Below, piece by piece: positions 1 to 9,578 of a DNA stretch of 64,000 nt. The stretch is from an uncultured Pelagibacteraceae bacterium (GTDB lineage Bacteria > Pseudomonadota > Alphaproteobacteria > Pelagibacterales > Pelagibacteraceae). The translations under genes and the position numbers were made by a program. Under the pieces are notes generated by a model, which saw only the letters and a list, made by a program, of their open reading frames with translations, had not been told where the DNA came from and made no database searches. How positions within the stretch are numbered: the first letter of the stretch is position 1; each line of letters opens with the position of its first letter. The stretch lies in assembly GCA_902516425.1 (NCBI GenBank), contig CABXYE010000001.1, forward strand, positions 123,845 through 187,844, given 5' to 3'.

Positions 1-1144
1 TGTTTTCTAAAGCTTGTGAAATATTATCTCTTGAAGCTGCAAAGCTAAATCTTACGTAATTTTGGCAGGTTTCGCCAAAAGCTGACCCCGGCACTATTGC
101 TACTCCTGCTTCATGCATAGCCTTTCTAGCAAACTCTGCTCCATTCATCCCGGTACCAATTACTTTAGGAAATGCATAAAAAGCTCCACCGGGTAAACTA
201 CATTCAACTCCAGGTAAATCATTTAAACCTTTATAAATTATATCTCTTCTTTGGGTAAATTTTTCCATCATAGCGTCAATTGAATCATCAGGACCATCCA
301 ATGCAGCAATACCTGCAAATTGAGCTGCAGCATTAACGCATGAGACACTGTTAATTAACAATTTGTTAACATGTTCAACTAAATGTTGTGGCCAAAAACT
401 CCAACCAAGTCTCCATCCAGTCATTGAATAAGCTTTGCTCCATCCCTCTAACACTATTAATCTTTCTCTTAATTCTGGATAATTAAAAAATGTTGGCATT
501 TCTTTTCCGTCAAAAATTTGTCTGCTATAAATCTCATCACTAAGGATTGTTACATGAGGGTGCTTTTTAAGGCCATCAGCTAGAACATCAATATCCTTTC
601 TATCCACAAAGCTTCCAGTTGGATTGTTGGGGTTAATTAAAATTAACAATCGAGTTTTATCTGTTATTAAAGATAATATTTTATCTGGATCAAATTTTAG
701 ATCTTTATTTTCTGTCAAATCATATGGAACTGAAGTTGAGCCTGTGTAATTTATCATAGACTCGTAAATCGGGAATGCGGGTGTTGGATGTATAATTTCT
801 GCTCCCGGCTCACCAAAACATTGGATAGCATAACTCATTGTAGGCTTTCCGCCTGGCATTATTATTATTCTTTCAAAATCAATATCTACGTTATAACGTT
901 TTTTTATCCATCTAGTTACTGATTGACGACACTCTGGGATACCGTTTGACATTACATATCCATGATGTCCGTCATCAAGTGCTTTTTTAGCAGCCTCAAC
1001 AACATGTTTTGGAGTTTTAAAATCTGGTTGCCCTAAACCTAAATGGATCATAGGTTTTCCTTGAGCTTCTAGTTTTTTTGCCTCCGCAAGAACGGTAAAG
1101 GCTGACTCTGTACCTAATCTTTCAAGACTTTTAGCTAATTTCAT
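1..1144 (-). CDS. PLP-dependent aminotransferase class I/II (aspartate aminotransferase-like), runs off window start
   Basis: Manual translation from ATG at 1144: MKLAKSLERLGTESAF..., LGLGQPDF, NPNNPTG, DEIY, GWSKAYSMTGWRLG (PLP lysine motif). Confidence 0.9.
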   Translation of the reverse strand, partial: MKLAKSLERLGTESAFTVLAEAKKLEAQGKPMIHLGLGQPDFKTPKHVVEAAKKALDDGHHGYVMSNGIPECRQSVTRWIKKRYNVDIDFERIIIMPGGKPTMSYAIQCFGEPGAEIIHPTPAFPIYESMINYTGSTSVPYDLTENKDLKFDPDKILSLITDKTRLLILINPNNPTGSFVDRKDIDVLADGLKKHPHVTILSDEIYSRQIFDGKEMPTFFNYPELRERLIVLEGWSKAYSMTGWRLGWSFWPQHLVEHVNKLLINSVSCVNAAAQFAGIAALDGPDDSIDAMMEKFTQRRDIIYKGLNDLPGVECSLPGGAFYAFPKVIGTGMNGAEFARKAMHEAGVAIVPGSAFGETCQNYVRFSFAASRDNISQALEN

Positions 1145-1154
1145 AATTTATCCT

Positions 1155-2306
1155 CTATTTTCTATAGATTAATTTTGAACTATTCAACTCTTTTAAATTT
1201 TTACAGCCCATTAAAACCATATTTCTATTTATCTCATCGTGCATGTTTTGAAGCAAATGTTCAACACCTTGTTGCCCACCTGCGGCCAAAGAGAACAAAA
1301 ACATTTTTCCAAAACTACAGGCTTTTGCACCTGCTGCAATAGCCTTTAAAACATGGGTTCCTCTTCTTATGCCTCCATCTAAAATAATTTCTAATTTATC
1401 ACCTACGGCATCTGAAATTGCCTTTACTTGATCAAAAGGTGATCGAGATCCATCTAGCTGTCGACCCCCATGATTTGAAACCATGATTGCAGTACATCCA
1501 ATATCAATAGCTCGTTTTGCATCTTCAACTGACATAACTCCTTTAAGAGCAAAAGGTCCATTCCATCTTTTTGCACAATATTCTGCATCCTTCCACCCCA
1601 TTGCTGGATCATATTGTTCATTAATATATTCAATAACTGATTTTGAGATATTAGTTCCTTTATCTGTTTTTTTTTTAACATTTGATAGTTCAAATTTTTT
1701 GCCAGTCAAATAATTAAATACCCAGCCTGGTCTCGTTGCAAAACTTAATAAACTCTGTAAAGTTAATTTTGGAGGTGTTGTAAACCCTGTCCTATGATCT
1801 TTTTCTCTATTGCCTGCTACCAAAGTATCTACTGTTAAACACATTGCATCAAAACCAGATCTTCTAGACCTGTCAATCAAATCATCTGAAATAGACCTGT
1901 CTTTATGGACATAAAGTTGAAATAATTTTGGACCACTTGAAATATTTGATATTTCCTCAATAGAATTGTTACCCATAGAGGACATACTATAAAAAGTTCC
2001 ATATTTTTCTGCAGCTCTTGCTGATGCTTTGTCTCCATCGGGATGATAAAGTCTTTGCATAGCTGCTGGTGAAAGAAAAATTGGCATGTCTATTTTTCTT
2101 CCAAACAAAGTTGTTGATAAGTCTGGTTTACCAACACTTGCTAAAATGTTTGGAACCAAATCACATTCGTTAAATGAGTCTGTATTTCTTCTTAAAGTTG
2201 ACTCATCATCAGAGCCACCGTCTATGTAATGAAAAATTGGTGAAGGTAATTTTTTTTTAGCTAATTTCCTAAAATCATCAAAGTTATGACAATTTTTTAA
2301 ACTCAC
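1155..2306 (-). CDS. lldD: FMN-dependent alpha-hydroxy acid dehydrogenase/oxidase (LldD/glycolate oxidase family), paralog 2
   Basis: YIDGG, LTVD, GNREKD, LKG, SNHGGRQLD, DGGIRRG motifs. Confidence 0.88.
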   Translation of the reverse strand: MSLKNCHNFDDFRKLAKKKLPSPIFHYIDGGSDDESTLRRNTDSFNECDLVPNILASVGKPDLSTTLFGRKIDMPIFLSPAAMQRLYHPDGDKASARAAEKYGTFYSMSSMGNNSIEEISNISSGPKLFQLYVHKDRSISDDLIDRSRRSGFDAMCLTVDTLVAGNREKDHRTGFTTPPKLTLQSLLSFATRPGWVFNYLTGKKFELSNVKKKTDKGTNISKSVIEYINEQYDPAMGWKDAEYCAKRWNGPFALKGVMSVEDAKRAIDIGCTAIMVSNHGGRQLDGSRSPFDQVKAISDAVGDKLEIILDGGIRRGTHVLKAIAAGAKACSFGKMFLFSLAAGGQQGVEHLLQNMHDEINRNMVLMGCKNLKELNSSKLIYRK

Positions 2307-2307
2307 A

Positions 2308-3459
2308 CTATTTTCTAAATCTTAAATTACTTCTGTTTAAGTCACTAATCTTTGTACAGCCCATGAGTTTCATATCTCTTTGCAGTTCAGCTTTATACTG
2401 ACCTAAAGCTCTCTCAACCCCCGCTTGACCTGCTGCAGCTAGTGCATAAAGATATAATCTTCCACCAGAGCATGCTTTAGCGCCTAATGATAACGCTTTA
2501 AGCATATGAGTACCTCTATGAATTCCACCTTCACATATTACATCAAGCTTATCACCAACAGCATCAACAATTTCAGCAAGTTGATCAAAAGGAGACCTTG
2601 ATCCATCAAGTTGTCTTCCTCCATGATTTGATACCATTATACCAGTACATCCTATGTCTGCTGCTCTTTTTGCATCTTCTACACTCATAATTCCTTTAAG
2701 AGCAAAATGACCTCCCCATTTAGAGCAAAGATTTTCAGCGTCTTTCCAATTCATAGATTGATCCAACATAGTTGAAAAATAATTTCCAATTGATGAGTTA
2801 ACATCAGTACCTTCTTTCACAAAATCTTGTAAATGAGGTAATTCAAACTTACCTTTTGTTAGATAATTAATACCCCACATCGGCTTAGTAGCAAAACTAA
2901 ATAAACTGGCTAAAGTTAATTTTGGTGGAGAGGTAAATCCTGTTCTTAAGTCTCTCTCTCTGTTTCCTCCAGTAATAGTATCAACTGTCAAAGCCATCAC
3001 ATCAAATTTTGCAGCTTTAGCTCTTTCCAAACAAGAGTCGTTTAAACCTCTATCTTTATGAAAATAAAATTGAAACATTTTAGGAGTATCAATCATTGAA
3101 GAAATTTCCTCTACGCTCACTGTAGCTAAAGCAGAAACTCCAAACATTGTATTGAATTTTTTAGCTGCTTTTCCTACCGCTCTTTCACCATCATAATGAA
3201 AAAGTCTTTGTAAAGCTGTTGGAGAAAGGTAAAAAGGTAAATCCAGTTTTTTACCGAATATTGTAGTTGATAAATCTACATTCTCAACTCCCCTCAAAAC
3301 ATTGGGAACTAAATCTACATCATCAAATGCACTTGTGTTTCTTGCGTAAGTAATTTCATCGTCAGCTGCGCCGTCAATATAATGAAATATTGGTGACGGT
3401 AATTTTTTTTGAGCTAATTTTCTAAAATCTCTAAAGTTATGACAATCTTTTAAATTCAT
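2308..3459 (-). CDS. lldD: FMN-dependent alpha-hydroxy acid dehydrogenase/oxidase (LldD family), paralog 1
   Basis: YIDGAA, LTVD, GNRERD, SNHGGRQLD motifs; same length (383 aa) as its neighbour. Confidence 0.88.
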   Translation of the reverse strand: MNLKDCHNFRDFRKLAQKKLPSPIFHYIDGAADDEITYARNTSAFDDVDLVPNVLRGVENVDLSTTIFGKKLDLPFYLSPTALQRLFHYDGERAVGKAAKKFNTMFGVSALATVSVEEISSMIDTPKMFQFYFHKDRGLNDSCLERAKAAKFDVMALTVDTITGGNRERDLRTGFTSPPKLTLASLFSFATKPMWGINYLTKGKFELPHLQDFVKEGTDVNSSIGNYFSTMLDQSMNWKDAENLCSKWGGHFALKGIMSVEDAKRAADIGCTGIMVSNHGGRQLDGSRSPFDQLAEIVDAVGDKLDVICEGGIHRGTHMLKALSLGAKACSGGRLYLYALAAAGQAGVERALGQYKAELQRDMKLMGCTKISDLNRSNLRFRK

Positions 3460-3468
3460 TGAATATTC

Positions 3469-3990
3469 CTAGAACTTTTTAAGAAAATTAAACATATAAC
3501 TATTTGCCCCAGGATTCTTATCCCCTAAGCTTGCGTTAGATACATGATTATAAGATACAGCAAAGTTAGTTGTATCGGACGTTTCATAAGAGAGTTGTAC
3601 TTCTGACTTGAATTCCAAAACATGACCCAAATCTTTTCCATCACCTTCATGATATAGTCCTGGTGCAAAACTTGGGGTAAAATAAAAAGAACCCATATCC
3701 ACATTCCATTCAACACCTGTATAAACGTACGCAGCTGAGTTTTCAGTTACAAATCCACCCGTAATTGGAGAGACATTTCCTAAAAATGTGTCTCGATTTA
3801 AATTTTCATCTTGATGTTGAAAACCTAAAAGTGTTGCTTTTTGTTTATCATCGCTAAAATCAAAATTTCCAACAAATAGATTTATTTGATGGTTTTCATT
3901 TTGTGCTGTTGTATCTCCATATAATTTTGAAGGAAAAATCAAAATTAATACAATTGAAAAAAATTGTTTAAGGTTCATAGTTTTGTTCAA
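3469..3990 (-). CDS. Lipid A 3-O-deacylase (PagL)-like / acyloxyacyl hydrolase outer-membrane protein
   Basis: Signal peptide, beta-strand pattern, HxSNA..NPG motif (HVSNASLGDKNPGANS), C-terminal Phe. Confidence 0.75.
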   Translation of the reverse strand: MNKTMNLKQFFSIVLILIFPSKLYGDTTAQNENHQINLFVGNFDFSDDKQKATLLGFQHQDENLNRDTFLGNVSPITGGFVTENSAAYVYTGVEWNVDMGSFYFTPSFAPGLYHEGDGKDLGHVLEFKSEVQLSYETSDTTNFAVSYNHVSNASLGDKNPGANSYMFNFLKKF

Positions 3991-3992
3991 GA

Positions 3993-4355
3993 TTATTTTC
4001 TAATATAAAATTTTTTTATGATTATGGCACCGCCCGCAAGGAATATCAAGAGAGGCAATAACCATAAAAAATAAGTATTTTTATTCAAAACCGGGTCGTA
4101 CAATATCCATTCCCCATATTTTTTTTTCAAAAAGCTATAAATTTGTTCCTCTGTCATCCCCTCGCTTATTTTATTATTAATTACCAATTTTAAACTTAAT
4201 GCAAATTCTGAGTCAGAATCATAAACTGATTGGCCCTGACAAATTAGACATCTTAAATTTTTAGCAATTTTATTTTCAGTCTCAATTTCATTTGCTTTTA
4301 TTAAATTAAAATTAAAAATCAAAATTATAATAAGAAATATATGTAACAATCTCAT
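3993..4355 (-). CDS. ccmH: Cytochrome c biogenesis protein CcmH/CcmL
   Basis: LRCLICQGQS motif, YGEWILYDP, C-terminal TM helix, ccm operon context. Confidence 0.92.
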   Translation of the reverse strand: MRLLHIFLIIILIFNFNLIKANEIETENKIAKNLRCLICQGQSVYDSDSEFALSLKLVINNKISEGMTEEQIYSFLKKKYGEWILYDPVLNKNTYFLWLLPLLIFLAGGAIIIKKFYIRK

Positions 4356-4870
4356 TTTATTATTTTCTCAATCTCTATCAAGTTTCTATTATTTATTGGG
4401 CCGATATATCTTTTTATGATTTTATTTTTATGTATTAAAAAGCTTTCAGGCACACCATAGGCACCCCAATTAATAGAGGATGTACCATCTTTATCGACAA
4501 AAATTTTATCATACGGGTTACCTAATTCTCCTAAAAAATTTTGTGCATTTTTATTATTATCTTTATAATTAAGACCTATCAATTCTATTTCTTCACTTTT
4601 TTTTAGTTTCATTAAAAACTTATGTTCATCTCTACAAGGAACACACCACGAGGCCCATATGTTCACCAAGTAGAATTTATTTTTGTTAAAAATATTTTCT
4701 GAAATAATATCTAAATTAGTATCAAAAGATTTGAAGACTAATGATGGAACTTTTTTTTCTAGATCTACATTTGGTGTATATATATTTGAATTTTTTAAAC
4801 CTTTAAAAAAAATTATAAAAGTCGCAGTAAAAACTATAGTTATTATTATTGGTATAATCTTAAATCTCAT
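4352..4870 (-). CDS. ccmG: Thiol:disulfide interchange protein CcmG/DsbE
   Basis: WASWCVPCRDEH, YGVPESF thioredoxin-fold motifs. Confidence 0.93.
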   Translation of the reverse strand: MRFKIIPIIITIVFTATFIIFFKGLKNSNIYTPNVDLEKKVPSLVFKSFDTNLDIISENIFNKNKFYLVNIWASWCVPCRDEHKFLMKLKKSEEIELIGLNYKDNNKNAQNFLGELGNPYDKIFVDKDGTSSINWGAYGVPESFLIHKNKIIKRYIGPINNRNLIEIEKIIK

Positions 4871-6737
4871 ATCTTTTTTTAAATATACTCATTAGTCCAC
4901 CAAAACTTAGAAGTAGCACTGAGATCCATATCCAAATCATCAATGGCTTAACTTGGTATCTGATATTAAAATATTCTTGGTTCTGTACGTAATTCATTGT
5001 AATAAATTTATCTGTAAAAAAGTTTGTTTTAATGTCCGCCTCACTAGTTACAATATTTGGTTGATTATATATTCTAAGCTCTGGTCTCAGAGCATCTATT
5101 GAACCATCTTCATGCTCCACTTTAAACTTTCCAATTATCGATTTAAAATTTTTACCGTTTTCTTGATCTATATTAGCAAAGTTTATTGAAAACTTATCAG
5201 ACTTGAAAGTTTCACCAATTTTTAAATTAGTAATAACTTCAGTAGAAAAGATATTATTTAACAAGATACTAAGTATTAATAAACTGAATCCAAAATGGGC
5301 AACATTTTGGGATAAATTTTTTAATTTTTTTATGAAAAATTCTCTTAAAGTTACAAAAAATAAAAAAAAAGCACTTGATACCAAAATAGTATTTATCAAA
5401 AAACTTATGTCAAATTCCTTGATAATTAATGCTGATATCAAAAAAGAGATTATTAACAATATAAGCATATTAAGTTTATCTTGAAAATCTGACTTTATCC
5501 ATTTTAGTTTTGGCCCTATTGCCATTGCAAATAGAAATGGAATTAAGAAGGGTAATATGAGTTTATTATAAAAAGGTGGCCCCACAGATATTTTATTTGA
5601 GGTCAAAACCTCTAAAAAAATAGGATAAATAGTACCTATTAAAACAACTGAAAGGAAGTACATCATAAACCAATTGTTAATTAAAATTGATGTTTCTTTA
5701 CTTAACCAAAAAAAATTATTTTCTGTTTTCTCTTTATTTGTATGAAAAAAGAAAAAAATAAATATGGATAAAAAAATCAATGAAAATAAAAAAATTAAAA
5801 TAAATAGACCTCTCTCTGGATCGTTAGCGAATGTGTGAACTGAGTTAAGAATACCTGATCTTACTAAAAAAGTGCCACTCATACTTAGAGCAAAAGTTGC
5901 TATTGAAAGAACCATCGCCCATGATGTGAGTATTCCTTTTTTTTCTAAAACTAAAATACAATGTAAAAGAGTGGTTAATGCAAACCAAGGCATTAAAGAT
6001 ACATTTTCAACAGGGTCCCAAAACCAAAATCCTCCCCAACCCAATTCATAATAAGCCCAAACTGATCCTAATAAAATTCCCAATGTAAGAAAAATCCAAG
6101 ATACTAAAACCCACTGTTTAATATGTTTTGCCCATTCTTTAGATACATAAGTTGAAACCATCGCAGCAAGAGCTGATGAGAAAATTATAGAGGAACCTAC
6201 ATACCCTAAATATAAAATTGGCGGATGTATAGCTAAAGCTGGATCTTGTAAGATTGGATTTAGACCCAGACCCTCCTCTGGCACAGGAAAAATAAAATTA
6301 AAAGGACTGGAAGTTTTAATTAGGAATACAAAAAATCCAATAATTATTATTTGTTGAAATAATAGAGTGAAAATTCTGTAATTTTTTGGCTGTTTATGTG
6401 ACTTTAATAAAAATATAAATACAAATAAAGTTAGCACTAATAGCCATAACAATAAACTTCCTTCATGGTTTCCCCAAGTTCCTGAAATTTTATAAAACAA
6501 TGGTTTAGTTGTATGGGAATGATTAAAAACAGTTTCATTGCTAAAATCTGAATTTATGAAGGATATAATTAATCCAACAAAACTAATAATAACAAAAAAA
6601 AATTGAAGAAATGTAAAAGATATTATTTTTTTATCTAAATTTTCAGCATTTTTTAAATTATTTATTGAAAAAAATATAATAAAAAATGAAAAAAAAAGTC
6701 CAAAATTTAGAGAATAAGATCCTATCAAGCTAGCCAA
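4860..6737 (-). CDS. ccmF: Heme lyase CcmF
   Basis: WGNHEGSLLLW, IHPP, WAYYELGWGGFWFWDPVEN (WWD), SVHTFA. Confidence 0.96.
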   Translation of the reverse strand: MASLIGSYSLNFGLFFSFFIIFFSINNLKNAENLDKKIISFTFLQFFFVIISFVGLIISFINSDFSNETVFNHSHTTKPLFYKISGTWGNHEGSLLLWLLVLTLFVFIFLLKSHKQPKNYRIFTLLFQQIIIIGFFVFLIKTSSPFNFIFPVPEEGLGLNPILQDPALAIHPPILYLGYVGSSIIFSSALAAMVSTYVSKEWAKHIKQWVLVSWIFLTLGILLGSVWAYYELGWGGFWFWDPVENVSLMPWFALTTLLHCILVLEKKGILTSWAMVLSIATFALSMSGTFLVRSGILNSVHTFANDPERGLFILIFLFSLIFLSIFIFFFFHTNKEKTENNFFWLSKETSILINNWFMMYFLSVVLIGTIYPIFLEVLTSNKISVGPPFYNKLILPFLIPFLFAMAIGPKLKWIKSDFQDKLNMLILLIISFLISALIIKEFDISFLINTILVSSAFFLFFVTLREFFIKKLKNLSQNVAHFGFSLLILSILLNNIFSTEVITNLKIGETFKSDKFSINFANIDQENGKNFKSIIGKFKVEHEDGSIDALRPELRIYNQPNIVTSEADIKTNFFTDKFITMNYVQNQEYFNIRYQVKPLMIWIWISVLLLSFGGLMSIFKKRYEI

Positions 6738-6739
6738 GT

Positions 6740-7159
6740 TTACTTCTCCTCTAATGCGGCCTTTACTTCTGGGGGCATATAATTTTCATCATGTTTAGCT
6801 AGAATTTTTGTAGCTAAAAAAAAATTTTTATCTTTTAAATATCCCTCTGCAACAACTCCTTTTTCTTCAGAAAAAAGATTTGGCACAACACCAGAATAAA
6901 CTACATTAATTTCATTTTTAAAATCTGTAACAACAAAATTTATTTCTTTTGAAATTATAGATATTGAGTCTTTTTTAACCATTCCACCAATTCTAATTTT
7001 TTTTTTATTAATTTCACTCAATGCTTTAATCTCAGTTGGAGATTTAAAAAAGATAACATTCTCCTCCAAAGATTTGATTATTAAAAAAACAGATAAAGCA
7101 ACTGTAACTAATATAAGGGATACAAAAAAAAATCTTAGTTTAACTTTACGCCCATACAT
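6740..7159 (-). CDS. ccmE: Heme chaperone CcmE
   Basis: [12 protein letters not shown] heme-binding motif. Confidence 0.96.
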   Translation of the reverse strand: MYGRKVKLRFFFVSLILVTVALSVFLIIKSLEENVIFFKSPTEIKALSEINKKKIRIGGMVKKDSISIISKEINFVVTDFKNEINVVYSGVVPNLFSEEKGVVAEGYLKDKNFFLATKILAKHDENYMPPEVKAALEEK

Positions 7160-7169
7160 GGTTCAAAAG

Positions 7170-7397
7170 TTAAATGTTTGAGGTATTTGACAAAATTTCT
7201 TTATGAATGCTTTGAGATTTTGCAAAAGCTGCTCTTTCAGAATTTAGTGACCCAAATTTAGAAATAAATTTACTTTTTTCTTTAACATATTGGGTTTTTG
7301 TAATTAAAAAAAGCACAAGGAAACTAAACAAAGTAAATAAAAATGCAGACCAAACATATAGCCCATACCCTTTCATTAATAATAATTCATTTATCAT
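7170..7397 (-). CDS. ccmD: Heme exporter protein CcmD
   Basis: Small single-TM protein (GYGLYVWSAF) between ccmC and ccmE. Confidence 0.8.
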   Translation of the reverse strand: MINELLLMKGYGLYVWSAFLFTLFSFLVLFLITKTQYVKEKSKFISKFGSLNSERAAFAKSQSIHKEILSNTSNI

Positions 7398-8101
7398 AAT
7401 CGATCTAAACCTTTATTTTTAATTTTTATCAGTTCTGTATTATATTTCATCAAAAAAATTAATAGAGAAAATAGAGCAAATGCCGCAGTCATTATAATTA
7501 GTGGAAACAACATTGATGTATGAATTGATGATTTTGATAATATGTTAATTGAGGCTGGTTGATGCAACGTGTTCCACCAATCGACAGAGTACTTAATTAT
7601 TGGAACGTTAATTATTCCCAAGATTGTTATAATTGAAGTAATCTTAAATAATTTGTCATTGTCTTCATAAATTCTCCAAGCAACGAGATACATAACATAG
7701 AATAAAGCAAGTATTAACATTGAGGTAATTCTTGCATCCCAAGCCCACCATGTCCCCCATGTAGGCTTTCCCCATATTGCACCTGTTACAAGAGCTATGA
7801 TATTAAATACCAATCCTGATGGTGCTAGACTTTTTGAGATTAAAAAAAAATTTTTGATCTTAAATATGTATCCAACTACCGATAATAAAGTTATCGAAGA
7901 AAAAATTCCAAGTGAAATCCAAGCAGCAGGCACATGTACATACATGATCCTCACTGAATGACTCTGCTTATAATCTTCAGGGGATAGTATGAGAGCCTCA
8001 GTTAATCCTATTGAAAGAATTATAATAAATAAAAATAAAACGTATTTAGGTGCTTTAGAAGTAATTGAAAAAATTCTACCTGGTTCGAAATACTTTAACA
8101 T
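7394..8101 (-). CDS. ccmC: Heme ABC transporter permease CcmC
   Basis: YVHVPAAW, WGKPTWGTWWAWDARIT, WWNTLHQ. Confidence 0.96.
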   Translation of the reverse strand: MLKYFEPGRIFSITSKAPKYVLFLFIIILSIGLTEALILSPEDYKQSHSVRIMYVHVPAAWISLGIFSSITLLSVVGYIFKIKNFFLISKSLAPSGLVFNIIALVTGAIWGKPTWGTWWAWDARITSMLILALFYVMYLVAWRIYEDNDKLFKITSIITILGIINVPIIKYSVDWWNTLHQPASINILSKSSIHTSMLFPLIIMTAAFALFSLLIFLMKYNTELIKIKNKGLDRL

Positions 8102-8143
8102 TTTAATAAAAATATAAATTTAGTTTTATTGTTTTGTAATATG

Positions 8144-8213
8144 AAAAAACATACTGATCAAGAATGCAGAGGGAGATAATAACGAAGGGATAATAAGTAG
8201 CACTCTTGATCAG
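8144..8213 (-). ncRNA. Candidate structured small RNA (14-bp stem, 32-nt pyrimidine-rich loop, U tail)
   Basis: Arms 8154-8167 and 8200-8213 pair fully on the minus strand with one G-U pair; U6 run follows; TTGGAC-N17-TATGAC lies just upstream. Confidence 0.5.
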
Positions 8214-8282
8214 AATTGTCATAATAAAGCAAATTGCTGTGTCCAAGGTTTGAACTAAATGTGTTGAAAAAATGATTTTTCT

Positions 8283-8603
8283 CTAGTTTGAAAGCTTAAA
8301 ATAGCTAGATCCTTTTTTTCCTGAAAAAATTTCCTCAATAAGAGGGTGCTTTATTGGCTCATCTGAGTCATCAACTAAAAGATTTTGCTCTGAAACATAT
8401 GCTTCGTAAGTAATTTCATCATTTTCTGCCAATAGATGATAAAAAGGTTGATTTTTTCTAGGTCTAACATTTTTAGGTATAGATTGATACCACTCCTCTG
8501 AATTATTAAATTCAAAATCAACATCGTAAATAACTCCTCTAAAATCAAAGTGCTTGTGTTTTACGATATCACCAATTGAAAATTTTGCTTTTTGAATTGC
8601 CAT
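8283..8603 (-). CDS. hspQ: Heat shock protein HspQ (YccV-like)
   Basis: KFSIGDIVKHK, FRGVIYDVD, QPFYHLLAEN, AYVSEQNL. Confidence 0.93.
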   Translation of the reverse strand: MAIQKAKFSIGDIVKHKHFDFRGVIYDVDFEFNNSEEWYQSIPKNVRPRKNQPFYHLLAENDEITYEAYVSEQNLLVDDSDEPIKHPLIEEIFSGKKGSSYFKLSN

Positions 8604-8612
8604 TTACTTTAG

Positions 8613-8639
8613 TATGGGTATTTAAAATTAAAAATCAAT
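8613..8639 (-). promoter_or_regulatory. Putative sigma-32 (RpoH) promoter of hspQ
   Basis: ATTG-N17-CCCATA on the minus strand, 9 nt before the ATG. Confidence 0.55.
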
Positions 8640-8691
8640 AAGAAAAATAAAAAGTTTTTGTGAAAATATTATTTATGTTAATATATTTATT

Positions 8692-9243
8692 GTGAATAAA
8701 TCTTTTTTAAAGTTTCTCACTGATTTTGGACCACTAGTGATTTTTTTTTACTATTATTACGATAGTGGAAAAGATTTAAAAATTGCAATTCCCCCATTTA
8801 TTGTTGCGACAATTATTGCTTTAGCAATTGTTTGGTTTTTGGAAAAAAAAATACCAAAAGTTCCTTTGCTTAGTGGAGTTTTAATTACTTTATTTGGTGG
8901 TTTAACAATTTATTTTAATAATCCAGTTTTTATTTATATCAAACCCACAATTATAAACATTCTCTTTGCATTTGCTCTGATGTTTGGAGGGTACTTCACA
9001 AATGAACCTGTTTTAAAAAAATTAATGGGTGGATCTATCTCACTAACTGACGAAGGATGGGAAGTATTGAATAAAAGATGGATATACTTCTTTTTTTGCC
9101 TTGCAATACTTAATGAGATAGTTTGGAGAACTCAATCTGAAGAATTTTGGGTAAACTTTAAGGTGTGGGGACTTTTGCCAATTACATTTATATTTACTGG
9201 TTTTCAAATAAGTTTAATAAATAAATATAAAACAAATGAATAA
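8692..9243 (+). CDS. yciB: Inner membrane septation protein IspA/YciB
   Basis: DFGPL, FGGLT, KPTIIN, LNEIVWR, WVNFKVWG. Confidence 0.92.
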   Translation: MNKSFLKFLTDFGPLVIFFYYYYDSGKDLKIAIPPFIVATIIALAIVWFLEKKIPKVPLLSGVLITLFGGLTIYFNNPVFIYIKPTIINILFAFALMFGGYFTNEPVLKKLMGGSISLTDEGWEVLNKRWIYFFFCLAILNEIVWRTQSEEFWVNFKVWGLLPITFIFTGFQISLINKYKTNE

Positions 9244-9577
9244 TAATTTACGTCTTATAATTAACAATGTTAGTAAAAAGAATATTGAAGAAAAACATTT
9301 TTTTGAAAAAAACGAATTAAAGATTATTTTAGATCTATATGCAAAAATGGTTTCAGAGGGCTCATGGAAAGATTATGGTCTTAACATTTCGAGTAAACAA
9401 GTTGGTTTTAGTGTTTTTAAGAATGCGGCTGAAAATGCGCTTTATAAAATTTGTAAAAATTTTAAACCAAAAAACAAAAATCTTAAATATCTAATTACTG
9501 ATGCTAATGGCAAAATATTAAAAAATTCTTTTGATTTAAAGAATTTATTAACAAATATTAATTGGAAAAAACTTTAA
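9236..9577 (+). CDS. DUF2794 family protein
   Basis: ELKIILDLYAKMVSEGSWKDYG motif typical of alphaproteobacterial DUF2794. Confidence 0.75.
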   Translation: MNNNLRLIINNVSKKNIEEKHFFEKNELKIILDLYAKMVSEGSWKDYGLNISSKQVGFSVFKNAAENALYKICKNFKPKNKNLKYLITDANGKILKNSFDLKNLLTNINWKKL

Positions 9578-9578
9578 A

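Noticed and set aside
8229-8246. TTGG...TTGC on the minus strand resembling a sigma-54 promoter
   Set aside because: GG-to-GC spacing is 12 nt instead of the required 10
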